DNA from: Octopus vulgaris | Taxonomy: Eukaryota | Direction of reading: 5' to 3' | Length of the DNA: 64,000 bases | Assembly: GCA_951406725.2 (NCBI GenBank) | Contig: OX597819.1 | Coordinates: 56,854,001-56,918,000 of the forward strand | Shown here: positions 1 through 12,229 of the stretch, one piece after another | How the letters are laid out: each line of letters opens with the position of its first letter | Numbering within the stretch: the first letter of the stretch is position 1 | Program-made: the position numbers and the translations under genes | Notes under the pieces: model-generated | The model's database searches: none | Told to the model about the DNA's origin: nothing | Seen by the model: only the letters and a program-made list of their open reading frames with translations

Positions 1-538
1 GTTAGGAATACTGAATTCAAATACACGGATGAACACGAACGCAGATACATACTCTCTCACATACACAAACACACACGCACATACATATAGATACACGTAT
101 TGTGGGTCGGTGAGATTATGCACGATTGTATACACTCAGGAATAGAACAGCAATTATTTGATGTCTAAAATCTGATATGAAATTCTTGAATCGCATTTGA
201 AACAGGGCTCTGATTTTATTGGAGAAAATAAAAACACACAGACACAAAGGGAAAATTGATTTATATATATATAAATTATATATCTGTTACCATAGATAAA
301 AACATCCATATACTCAGTGTGTATGCATGACGTCTATGTATCGACTTGCACGCACACACATACACACACATACGCGCATACCTAAATATATATATATATA
401 TATATATAAGATATATGTGCAACACACACTCACACATACACATGCATACAGACACACAGACAAACACAGTCACAAAGATACACACACATACATATATATA
501 TATATATACATATATATGTGTGTGTTGCATATACGCTC

Positions 539-607
<69 letters not shown>

Positions 608-1474
608 TACATATATACATATATACATATCCCACAACGGCAATGATACTTATTTCGCAACTATGTAAAACAGTGTATAACATTCTCTCAAGAATCTCTG
701 TATCATTTATATTTGTAGGTAATCGCTTAATAGGGCATTAATATTTATGATTTCCTACTGACAGGAGGTTTGGAGTAACATTTCAAAATTTCTGACAATT
801 TATTCCGCATTTCAGCTATCTTCTCTTAAATATTCATGCTCTACTCTAAGGAAGCGTAGAAAAGAATTAGTGACGTAAAGAGAAAATGTCCCTAAACTCA
901 TCCTTGCGATTATAATACCCATATTCATCAATGTTAATGTTACTATTTGTAGAATTGAAGTAGTGAAGATTGTGAGTTCGTACACTGGATCGGGTTTAGT
1001 ATTGATGTCTTCAACAAGGCACTTTATTTCACTTTCTTCCAGTTTAATCAACAGGAAATATATACCAGTAGATCGATGGTGCAGCTTTTTCTCCCTCCAA
1101 CTCATGTACACCGAAAGAGATAAAAAATAGTGATACCTTAATATTGTCACCAAGTCACACTCACTTGAGAGTGACATGCATGCAATATGGTGATGGATAG
1201 TTTGTTTTACTTCTAGGTTCAGAATTGAATTCAAATCTTGTTTGGTTTTACTTATACTTTTTATAGCTCGAGGTCTTTAGAAAGCGATCTATCGATGCAC
1301 AAGGAGACTTTTCTGCTTTTGAACGAATATTATTTGTAGTTTAACGGCATAAATATACTGTTAAATACTTAGATTAAGCGATTGATCCTATCATATAACT
1401 TTGTTGATATAAGCTTTACTGTTTTGCCATACCCTGTTTTGTTTGTGATCAATTATATACTGTCTCTGGAATAT

Positions 1475-1750
1475 GGAAACTGAAAGAAGCCCGTCGTATA
1501 CATGTATATATATATATTTATGTGTGTGTATATGTTTGTGTGTCTGTGTTTGTCCCCCCAACATCGCTTGACAACTGCTGCTGGTGTCTTTATGTCCCCG
1601 TAACTTAGCGGTTCGGCGAAAGAATCTGATAGAATAAGTACTAGACTTACAAACAATAAGTCCTGGGGTTGATTTGCTCGACTAAATGCGGTGCTCCAGC
1701 ACTGCCGCAGTCAAACAAATAAAAAGAATAAAACAAATAAAAGAATAAAC
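1475..1750 (+). mobile_element. tRNA-derived SINE family A, 5'-truncated copy
   Basis: Matches the 3' two-thirds of the copies at 19441 and 55213 (GGAAACTGAAAGAAGCCCGTCG, internal TA/TG microsatellite, GATAGAATAAGTACTAG, GCGGTGCTCCAGCA, A-rich tail). Confidence 0.85.
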
Positions 1751-2019
1751 TAAAGAAAAATAGATAATATTCGTCGCGTTCTTTATACTTGGTATTCAGA
1801 CTGTGCCAAGAACAATTTCGACTTTTATCCCTAGAAACCTAATGAAATTAAGTATTAGGTAAGTGCCGCGATCGATTAGGTAAGTGCGGCCTTTAAAATT
1901 TCTGACGACATTTCGAAGCAATAACTAGAACAGATATTGGAAATTTGTAACTTGTGGCAAACCTTATCACTGAGTTCACGTTTATTCTAAATCGGACTGG
2001 ACGATTTGCTTTCCCCCCT

Positions 2020-2312
2020 GCTTTTTTTTCGTTCCTTCTCGAGCCATGCCTGGCTCATAAAGGCCGGTTTCCCGGTTTCTTGGCGTATAAGTTCCCCACC
2101 AGGACGAGGTGCCGTTCCGTCGCATGTGAGCTGCAAGATGCAGGAGGAAAGAGTGAGAGAAAGTCGTGGCGAAGGAGTCAGCAGAAGTTCGCCATTACCT
2201 TCTGCCGGAGCCACGAGGAGCTTAGGTTTTTCGTTCATAGACACACACATTGCCCGGTCTGATATTCGAACCCACGATCCTTCGACCGCGAGTCCGCTGC
2301 TCTAACCACGAG
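2020..2312 (-). mobile_element. tRNA-derived SINE family B (RTE-like tail)
   Basis: Reverse strand begins GTGGTTAGAGCAGCGGACTCGCGGTCGAAGGATCGTGGGTTCGAAT (A/B-box-like). The head is shared with the copies at 11950, 30498, 35190 and 40520. Confidence 0.8.
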
Positions 2313-4164
2313 ACCTGCAAGAAATTGCAGCGAAACTTACTGTTCTGTTTTAAAGCTACACACTTCTGCTGTAAAGATTGAGAGAGCTGATAAAATAATG
2401 CTGTCTTTAACTCTTTTGAAATTCTTATTTCTGGACGTAAGAGAGATTAGTAACATCGAGAACGTATCTGATCGCATGGCTTTGTGATAGGGATTGCATA
2501 GTATTAAACAACAACACCGCTGTATGCTCAACGTTTACTCGGTTATCAAGAAATAACTTACCGTAATATATTCCTAAACGCTACCTGCTTGCTCTAAAAT
2601 AGCCAGCTAATAAAGCTCTTTCCTTTATTTGATTTACTAAAACTTTGGTTGAACAAACATGTTAAATAGATATATTTCCAGTCGACGTAAGAGCTAGAAT
2701 TTCCCAGATGCTTCAATTTCGATAATGTGTATCTAAAATATATTAAATAAATCATTTTGTGTCCGAAATTATCAGAAAATATTTCCAATCATTGAATGGA
2801 TTGCTTCCGTGCTTGGTTACTCTCTCCGGTTCAAATAGATTGGAAACGTATTTCTAATATGTTTACCGAACTTGTTCAGGTATCAAAAGAATTCAAATAC
2901 ATGTAAAATAATTGCACTTACAGAGAAGATATTAGCTTATGGTCTCAGGCTTTGCAGTACATCACTTAAGCGAGAAGTAAACAAATGGTTGTGATAAAGT
3001 CACTTTGGATATAAAAGATACGAACATAAGATACCATTGGATTCGCCTACACATAAGAGATAGTTTTGAACAATAGATAGGCATGTCCATTATTCAAAAG
3101 AGCATAAAGAGTTTGAAGAGAAAATATTTACTATTTTCTTTGTAGTTTCTTTCTTAATTTGCTTTGATTGTTGGGAGCAAAGATCTTAAAATGTATTTAA
3201 AACTCTCTCAATCAATACATTGGTGGTTAACGGCTGACAGCTTTTTCCAAGTTACTGACGATATTGATTAAATGCCATCCGCAGATAAAACAACTACGTA
3301 CGAACCTACATACGTCCAGGAAACATTTCTTTCCCTCTGTTGCCCTGGAGTGCAAACCTTTATATTTGACTAGGTTTCACAGACTGCTGTCTATAATTAA
3401 CTAAAGTACAGTAAAACTTACGATACTTGATTGCACCAACGGAATTTGTTTCATTTATTCTTTAGGCTATGTGTATTGAACAATAAAATTTCAATTGGAA
3501 TCTATTTGGATGTTGGAATATGGCTTGAGTTCATGGAAGATATAAATAACTGTTACTGCAAAAATAATTTCAAATGACAACATTTTGAAAATAGCGTTTA
3601 TCTAAGTTGAAAAGGAACATAGTGTATCTAATATACTTATTGCTGCTAAATATAGTAAATACGAAGTTCACCAAAATAATTCCTTGTCAGAAAGGAAATA
3701 TCATTCATCTTATTAATAAATATTTTGTATAGACAAAATTCCGTGAATCATTCAGGAAATATGAAGATGAAGCAACACGGATGCATTCAGGCGTGATATA
3801 AAACTTTTCATAATTTTACTTTCACTTTCGAGAAAGATTTAAAACACTTCAGTAGATCTCCCTCTCTGTCTAGACAACTTTACATATTCTTTAAAAGAAC
3901 AGATGACAAATACCGTTTTCAGATATGAAGAACTACGTTTCAAAATATCCCGTGAGAAAAATTCTCTGATAATAGTATCACTCAAATATACGGCATTTAT
4001 GTTAGCTTCCACTTCCCTATGACGATGACTACTCAATAATGCAAGACGTTAACGTCGCAGTATGACCTCTAAACGGCATCAACAGCTCAATTGAATTGTT
4101 AAATTGTGGATGAATGCGCCGCGCAAAATTCCTTTACATCCCTCTGCATTAAAACCTGGTTGAC

Positions 4165-4816
4165 ATGAACGGCAGCTATCTTAGTATTTTCCATTAGAGG
4201 CAAACTCTATTTAGGCTAAATATCATAACCGGTAAACAAGCAGGCTTCCACACATGTAGAAATACAGTTGAAAATAGCTCAACCACCGCATCTTCTGTGA
4301 AAGCTCCATAGAGCAGCACCAAATTAATTATATCATGTTTTCAGAGACTTTAATAAAACGTATGATAGCTTTGAGGATGATAATTAATGAGCTACAATGA
4401 AGCTATTCAAAATGGGTGATAGGACACCTTGCAGCATCCAATGGGTTTAGATCCACGTAACAGTGAGTAGTAGTGTCTGTTTCTGTCTCTACGATATGTT
4501 CCTTGAAGAAGATGTGGGCAAGGTCAGTATCTGAGGAAACACATCACAAGTAAATAAGGGTGGGTGACTTTAATGGACTGACAAGGAAGGAAGATAAGGA
4601 AAAGTCGAATTAGTCGGCTAACTTCATAAAGCTTTGGGATGGGAATCAGCTGAAAATAAACAAGTAAAAACATGTCAGGACAAATGCCAACGATATCATC
4701 TTTATTGATAGCTCAGACAGCTCTTTATAAGGGAAAACAATACATATAGTGCAACAGTTCAACTAGTGAGGTTCCTTACTTCTGATGATGGGTCAAGATC
4801 TGAAATCCTAGTAAGA
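4165..4816 (+). mobile_element. Highly decayed Penelope-like GIY-YIG endonuclease 3' end followed by a hammerhead-like motif
   Basis: Frameshifted remnants AILVFSIRGKLYLG*IS*PVNKQASTH (cf. YIGxTxRxLxxRxxEH), SSIEQHQIN (cf. SAIxEH) and LFIRE/TIHI (cf. LxxxESxxI). These are followed by CTGATGA...GAAA at 4782-4805. Confidence 0.45.
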
Positions 4817-5404
4817 ATCGTTCACATTATAACTGCACTAACCCACAAGGTAATATGGAGAAGGATGGGCTTCACAAGGAAAGCAAATCAGATTCTTGAG
4901 TGCAGTGGTACACCAGTACGCATGCGAACAATTTACATATACCGCAAAATATAAACAAAGATAGACACGCGAAACGACAAAGTACTGCAACATATCAGGT
5001 GCCCGGTACTTAGACTGCATCCCATCATAGTAAGTTCCTGAAACCACCTAGAATTTCAATGTTGTTGAAGAGAAAACTAAGATTAGTATCTATACAGTAT
5101 TCATGTCTACATAATATTCCACTGGAGTTCAGATTATGTTCAGATTACATTCCACTGCAGTTCAGATTAATGTCAAATATGATTCTTATTAGATGAGGAC
5201 AGAAGAAAGCTTGGAGCAAATTTCGTATAGTAGCGTATGTGTCATTTTAGTGTCACATATTATCAAATTATTTGATTTACTTTTATATCGCAATTAGTGG
5301 GTAATAGTATATGTGGTTACATATATACAACTGGATAAGTGCATTTCTGGTGAAGTGAGTGATAACAGAGGGTGTTTATCTATTTCATGCTGAACAACGC
5401 TTAC

Positions 5405-5600
5405 TGGTGTTGTAGAATCAATTTTTGCAGGAATTGTAGAGGGAGAAATAGGAGAAACGAACAGGGGAAAATATGACCGGACAATGTTAAGAAATGGACA
5501 GGCATGTCATTTGAGGTGATCCGAGCTTAGCACATATCCGTGATATGTGGAGGACCTTAGTGTACTGTATATAACGGCTGTCGACTACAACCCCATTGGG
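5405..5600 (+). mobile_element. RTE-type LINE C-terminal fragment
   Basis: Translates, with frameshifts, as IFAGIVEG...DNVKKWTGMSFE...RDMWRTLV, typical of RTE ORF ends. Confidence 0.55.
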
Positions 5601-5865
5601 TGTTGAAATACCACGGTACGTCATTTACGTCACTAACTCTTGGGTAGAACATTCCAGGGAAGTCAGAATACTTATTTTCAAACGCAAGGTAGCCTGTAGA
5701 TCATGCAAATAATATACTCCAAAGCTGCTGACTAGCGTAAATTTTCGAAATAGGATTGCCTCTTCTTGTTACTGTAAATATCAATCAAAATATTTAAATG
5801 AGCACAATATATATATATATATATGGGTTATATATACAAACAATATATAACTTACATATATATGA

Positions 5866-6012
5866 GGCCCCAGGACTTATTGTTTGTAAGCCTAGTACTT
5901 ATTCTATCGGTCTCTTTTGCCGAACCGCTAGGTTACAGGGACGTAAACACACCAGCATCGGTTGTCAAGCACACACACACACACATGCGCGCGCACACAC
6001 ACAGACATACAG

Positions 6013-6069
<57 letters not shown>

Positions 6070-6233
6070 CGACGGACTTCTTTCAGTTTCCGTCTACCAA
6101 AGCCACTCGCAAGGCTTTGGTCTGCCCGGGGCTATAGTAGCAAACACTTGCCCAAGGTGCCACGCCGTGGGACTGAATCCAGAACCATGTGGTTCGCAAG
6201 CAAGATACTTACCAGACAGCCACTCTTACGCCT
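5866..6233 (-). mobile_element. SINE family A
   Basis: Reverse complement of the 19441 copy, with an internal (CA)n(TA)n tract. Confidence 0.88.
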
Positions 6234-6272
6234 ATATATATATAACGCCTATATATATATATATATAACGCC

Positions 6273-6303
<31 letters not shown>

Positions 6304-7780
6304 ACTAGCAATCACTATACAGTTACACGAAGAGAATGTTGAAACGCCTTGTTTTAATCATATGAAATTAATCAATGTTAAATATGATTCGTATTAGACA
6401 GAAGAAACCTTGGACCAATTGTCGTATACTGGCCTATGTCATTAGGTCATTTTAGTGTCACGTATTATCAAGTTATTTGGGCTGTTTTTATATCGCAATT
6501 AATGGGCAATGGTATACGTGGTTACATATATACAGCTGGACAACGAATTTCTGATGATGTGAGTGATAATAAAGGGTGATTACCTATTTCATGCTGAAAA
6601 AAATTCAGAAGAGGCCTTTGTATCCAGTTGATGAAACGTTGAAATTATACACGATGCATACTTTACCGCCTGGAAAAAAACCACACAAAGGCATTTTGGA
6701 CTACGTAATCTGAACTGCAGGGAAATACTGTATAGACCCAATACTAATATCTTAGGTCTGCTTGAGTTGGTTAAACAAAGAAAAAGTAACACTGCATATG
6801 CGAATATACAGTGAGAAGCTGCACACTAAGATATCATATGATCTCGACTGTGGAGACTTGGTCTCATTCTCTCACGAACGGTGGCAATACCGAGTTTGTA
6901 ACAGTGAAGAGAGAAATCGGTTCCTGAAATTGAGGTTTCAGCATTTCCAATTTGTTTTTTAAACAAATATATTATTCAACAAGTGTGCAAAAACAAGTCT
7001 GATCATATTAGAGCATCTAGATGAAAATTATTTGATCAAAAATGTGTTACATGACAAAGATAATTAATTTTCATGTTGATTTCTGCTGTAAGACATACTA
7101 ATCATATCTAGTGCTGTAATAATATTTCTTATGATAGTGACTACGGTCTATAAAAAACTGTTAATCAGTTTATGATATTATTAAATTTGTAACTGTGCTC
7201 TGAAAAATATAATTACTGCGTTTACTTCATTGGTTATAAACCAGCTTAAGTTACTGCAGCTGGTAGAAAATAATTACAGCAAGAAAAGTGAAAAACTGAA
7301 GGCTCACTCGTGGTAGTGTGAAAAGTGACTGATCTATCATCCGATCTGTTGGATGTGACTGTCCCGATGCTTATCTTTAAACGAGCGAATCGTTTCCGTA
7401 TGGTATCCCAGGGGACACAAAATGTAATTGATTAGTTCACTACTAAAAGCTCCACGATCATTGCATGTTTCCTCATTGAATATCTATTTCAATATGCATA
7501 ATTTTAATGACTTGCATTGCCATATGACCACAATTATTGAAGGGGAAGCACAGTCAATTAGGTAGACTGGACGCAATAACCGAAGTTATTCATCGATAGT
7601 AGGAAAGTGGTATTCAAGGTTGACTCTGCCGGGATTTGAACTCAAAATAGAAAGAAATATAATATGGTGTTTTTTGCCTAGAGTTCTGTATATTATGGTA
7701 TTCACAAACCCTTTAAAGCAAGAATTACCAAGGGATCATATTTTACTCTTTGGAATTTTCAAATCTGTTACAATATATCA

Positions 7781-8040
7781 GGACGCGGAATTGACAGAAT
7801 CGCTAGCACGTCGGACAAAGTGCTTAGCGACATTTCATCCGGCTCTTTATGTTGTGAGTTCAAGTTTCGTTGCGGACAAATTTGACTTTCATTCTTTGGG
7901 GTCAAATGGTACATATTTTATTGACCCCGGATGGGGTAAAGTCAACTTCAGTTGAATTTGATCTTAGAACCTAAACCCATAAGAAAGGCCGCGACAGCAT
8001 TTTGTCCGACGTGCTAACGACTATGCTTATTCAGCGCCAT
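7781..8040. mobile_element. Two partial SINE family D copies, tail to tail
   Basis: TAGCACGTCGGACAAAGTGCT near 7804 and its complement AGCATTTTGTCCGACGTGCTAA near 7996. Confidence 0.7.
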
Positions 8041-8525
8041 CAGTCGTTTATCTAATAATAATTTCTGATATTATAGTTGCTTGGATGATTGAAAGGTATT
8101 TGAATATGCCATCCACCACATATGTAGGAGAATGTTATTCCATTTAGATGCTGATGTGCATTCCATCTGGCCCTCTCGCCTGTCCGCCACTTCACTGCCT
8201 TAGAGTACTACTATACGCATCTTCCCACGTAGGACGAAGAGAAAAGTTGTCATCACCGGGTTTTCAGCTCAGAATACATGAAATATGAAAGGCATTTCAT
8301 TCGTAGGTATAACGACTCAGCCAAATTGTTACCGAGGTATAACATTTTCAAAGTAGAATGAAATTGTTTAACTCTGTTACTGACCAGGGAATGAATGAAA
8401 TTAAGTGGGTGTTACAGGGAAACATTACATACATATATATAACTGAGTTGGCATGTGTTTCTGATTTCATAACAGACGGCATAATGATCTTCTCCAAGCA
8501 CACCATCTGTACATATACATACATA

Positions 8526-8671
<146 letters not shown>

Positions 8672-9157
8672 CTTGTTGTAATACCACTGACTATGATTAT
8701 GTGTGACACAATAGTTATTTGTAGAAAAAATTGCTTCTAATCTTTTTTTCTTTAAATAGAAAATTATTCATGCCTCATGCCTTGAAATAAGATGAATTAA
8801 ACTCGACTTACATTTTATATATTTTCATATTAATGCCTAACATTTAATTCTGATGATGGCAGAGATAAAAACAAACAAATGATAATATAATTTTAGTGAC
8901 TTTGGCTGTAGAAGTTGACCAAGATTTACCTTCGGGCTAAAAATCAAAAATGAATTTGACAAATAGAAATGAAGGACCCCACATTGCAAGTGTTTAGTCA
9001 TTTAATGATTTATTGCAAGTGTAGTTCAGACTTTTTTCAACTACATAACACTGTCATAAGAATAAAACACATTCAATGGAATAAGTTAATATGATAAGAA
9101 TTTGTGAGTCCTATGGCTTATGAGGATATCAATGGCTAAAATTTCATAAAATTATAC

Positions 9158-9540
9158 TAAACAAGAGCATTCAGAGAGCGCAATATCCTCCGCCAAAGCA
9201 ACACCAACATCCACCCAACGATTAGCCAGACATGATTTTTAAAATGAAAATATCTGAAATAAACTCGACTGCTCTCGCAAACGACAATACTAAAAGTGAA
9301 CCCGATTGCTTTCATAAATTAAGTAAAAAAAAAAGGAAGTCTAATCCAGAATCCTTGTCCGATACCGGGTTGATCCCCAAATCTAATGAGTTCGTACCAG
9401 CAACGAGGCCAGACATCCCCGAAAGTTTCACTCGAATCCATCCAGCGGTTCTTGATATATCTTGTCTACGGACAAGTAAACAAAGAAACAAACACGACTG
9501 AAAACAAACCTCTCCCTTAGCGAAGGCGGAGGTAATAATA
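9158..9540. mobile_element. Non-autonomous Helentron-associated element (HINE/DINE-1-like)
   Basis: Subterminal inverted repeats CCTCCGCC (~9187) and GGCGGAGG-TAATAA (~9525). Also the core AAGTTTCACTCGAATCCATCCAGCGGTTCTTGA and a short ACAA-type repeat before the end, all typical of HINE/DINE-1 architecture. Confidence 0.7.
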
Positions 9541-9924
9541 ACGCACGAGTAGGAAAATAAGTCTTAATACTTAATATGATATAAATAAGTTGGGAATTAA
9601 ATCTTAATACTTAATATAATCTTGCCTTTAATATTTATTGCAAAATAATTTGTAGTTAATGTAGATTTAAAGTATCTTCTTATGTCGCGAGCGTGTAAAA
9701 TCGTTCGCACACCTGGCGAGATGTTTAGCGGCATTTCAACCGTCTTCATGTTCTGAGTTTGCAGAGGTTGACTTTGCATTTTATCATTTCGTGGTTGCTT
9801 GAATATGTACAAAATTGTGCACAATGACCGATGTAATCGATTTACATCCCCTAGCTCAAAATGTCTGGCCTTGTTCCAAGATCTGAAATCATTATTTATT
9901 GCAAAACAATTTTCAGCTAATGTA

Positions 9925-11208
9925 TAGGGCTGTCCGGAAAGTTCGTGCCTATTTTTAAAGGACAGAAAAATGTCAATAAATACTTGCCATTACATTTTTA
10001 ATCAACCAAATATGAACCGTTTTGTTGCACAATGCGTCTCCCTCTTTCCTTTATCTTGAAAATACCTTCTTCTCAGAATTGAGGTGGTTTCATGGCAAAG
10101 AATTTATCTAGGTATCTTTTTATGTCATCCAAGGAATTGACATATTTACCATTAAGACTATTCGGCAGAGACCTGAATAGCTGGAAACCTAATGAACAAT
10201 ATCTGATGATATGGAGGGTTGGGTAACACATCCCAGCCGAGCTGCAGAAATGTTTGTCTGGTTCCCAAAGAAACGTGCGGTCTTGCATTATCATGTTGGA
10301 AAACAACACCCTTCCTGTTGGCCAATTCTGGACATTTGCCAATTCTTGAATTGCTGCTTTTAACTCGTCCAGTTGTGTGCAGTTTTTGTCTTTTCAGAAT
10401 TGATTATCTGGTTACTTGGGAGAAGCTCATAGTACAGAATTCCTTTCCAATCCCATAAGACACAAAGCAAGACATTTTTTTAGGGTGAAGACCCGCTTTT
10501 GGGGTAGCTAAGGGTGGCTCATGTCGCTTAATCCAGGATCGCTTTCTCTAAACATTTCGGTAGATAATCCATTTCTCATCACCTGTCACAATTTGCTTTA
10601 AAACAGGCGTTTTTCATTCTGTTTATACAGCGAATCACTGATGGAAATGCGATCCAAAAGGTTCTTCTCACTCAACTCATGTGGTAGCCAAACATCGTAG
10701 CGATTTGTGTACCCAAGCTTTACCAGGTGCTCATGAACGATGGATTTTGATAGGTTGAGGCTTTCTTCCAATCCTTGGGTTGTGCAATGTGAGTTATTCT
10801 CAATTAATGACTTGATTTGGTCATCATCTGTAGTGGATGGTCTTCCTGATCGCTCATTATCAATAAGGCTACAATCTGCAGCTTGGAACCTTGCGAGCCA
10901 TTTCCGTACAATTCTTTCGGATAAAAGAACATCATCGTAAACTGCGGATATTTCTTTGGTTGCTTGTGCGGCATTTTTCCTTTTACGGAAAAACAAAAGC
11001 CTAAAATGAACTTTCTTATCTTCCATTTTAAAGGTTTACAGAATTAATACAGGTTATAGGAACATAAACCTTCTTCCACGAAAAGATAGCTTAAGCTGTG
11101 CTCTAAATGGAGGTGTCGTCAAATCCTATTTTATGGACTCAACCATGTTCTAAAATAAGTCGAAACGTAAGCTATTATTAATCGGTACGAACTTTCCAGA
11201 CAGCTCAA
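9925..11208 (-). mobile_element. Full-length (1284 bp) mariner transposon, mellifera-subfamily-like, transposase pseudogene
   Basis: TA flanks at 9923-9924 and 11209-11210 and ~28-bp TIRs (TAGGGCTGTCCGGAAAGTTCGTGCC / GGTACGAACTTTCCAGACAGCTCAA). The ORF from 11026 reads MEDKKVHFR...RSGRP...WLPHEL, with frameshifted HDNARPH and [12 protein letters not shown]...FFAMKPPQF further on. Confidence 0.95.
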
Positions 11209-11351
11209 TAGATTTAACGTATTTTCTTATTTATATATATTTCCTCCTGACTGTTATTGGAACATATGGGACATATAAGATATTTCTCTTGCATCAGTAT
11301 AATTCTATTTCAGAATTTGAAGGCAATCTAGATTTTCAGATGGGTGTCAAT

Positions 11352-11575
11352 AGGCAGAATCGTTAACAAGCCGGGCGAAATGCTTAGCAGTATTTCGTCT
11401 GCCGTTACGTTCTGAGTTCAAATTCCGCTGAGTTCGACTTAGCCTTTCATCCTTTCGGGCTCGATTAAATAAGTGACAGTTACGCACTGGGGTCGATGTA
11501 ATCGACTTAATCCTTTTGTCTGTCCTTGTTTGTCTCCTCTATGTTTAGCCTCCTGTGGCTAATAAAGAAATAAAT
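11352..11575 (+). mobile_element. SINE family D (tRNA-like head, GACTTAGCCTTTCATCCTTTCGGG core, TGTGGCTAATAAAGAAAT tail)
   Basis: B-box-like GAGTTCAAATTCC. Related copies lie at ~9685-9890, 14795-14975(-), 33828-33990, 40838-41052 and 54535-54950(-). Confidence 0.85.
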
Positions 11576-11949
11576 ATAGATTTTTAGAGGCTGCTGAGAA
11601 AGCAAAGAGTGTTCCCTGGTTCAACAGTGTGAGAGGTGGGTTCCGTATCATTCCGTTTGTATTCTGGCTTAGGCTAGACCAAGTTAGGCAGGTTGCCTGA
11701 ACGAGAGTTTATGTTTTTAGATCCGAAACACTCAGTTACTCCCGAACAAAACGCTGACTATTTTAATTGTCCAAGTATTACATCTGTAGATCTATGTAGA
11801 ATTAACACAGGTTCTTAAATATTACTCTCAATATTAGTGGAAGCATCATTACAATGGACAAATGTGATAAATCTCCATTATTTACCTCTGAAGTAAAGTA
11901 TTAATAGAAATTTACAATACATACATAAGTATATACAAAATCATAAGTA

Positions 11950-12142
11950 GAGGCGCAATGGCCTAGTGGTTAGGGCAGCGGACTCGCGGTCGCAGGATCG
12001 CGGTTTCGATTCTCAGACCGGGCGTTGTGTGTGTTTATTGAGCGAAAACACCTAAAAGCTCTACGAGGCTCCGGCGGTGGTGATGCCTGCTGTACTCTTT
12101 CACCACAATGGCGGTGCCCCACAGCCACAGCTCAAGAGCTGA

Positions 12143-12147
<5 letters not shown>
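11950..12147 (+). mobile_element. SINE family B with CR1-type tail
   Basis: tRNA-like head GGCGCAATGGCCTAGTGGTTAGGGC...GGTTTCGATTC. It ends GGCGGTGCCCC...CAGCTCAAGAGCTGAAACTA, followed by (TA)n. Confidence 0.85.
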
Positions 12148-12181
<34 letters not shown>

Positions 12182-12229
12182 TGAGAGAGTTGGTATGTGA
12201 AAGTACGTGGTTGGATTTATAAACGACAA

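Larger units (their letters stand above)
5169..6630 (+). repeat. Pair of ~225-bp diverged direct repeats (5169-5394, 6374-6598), pLTR-like, ending in an HHR-like core
   Basis: Both copies read AATGTyAAATATGATTC...GTCATTTTAGTGTCAC.TATTATCAA...GTGGTTACATATATACA.CTGGA...TTTCTG.TGA.GTGAGTGATAA...TATTTCATGCTGAA. Confidence 0.8.

Noticed and set aside
11950-12025. tRNA-like sequences at SINE heads (also 19441, 21092, 24811, 35190)
   Set aside because: They lack a complete cloverleaf and acceptor stem and run straight into SINE bodies, so they are not tRNA genes.
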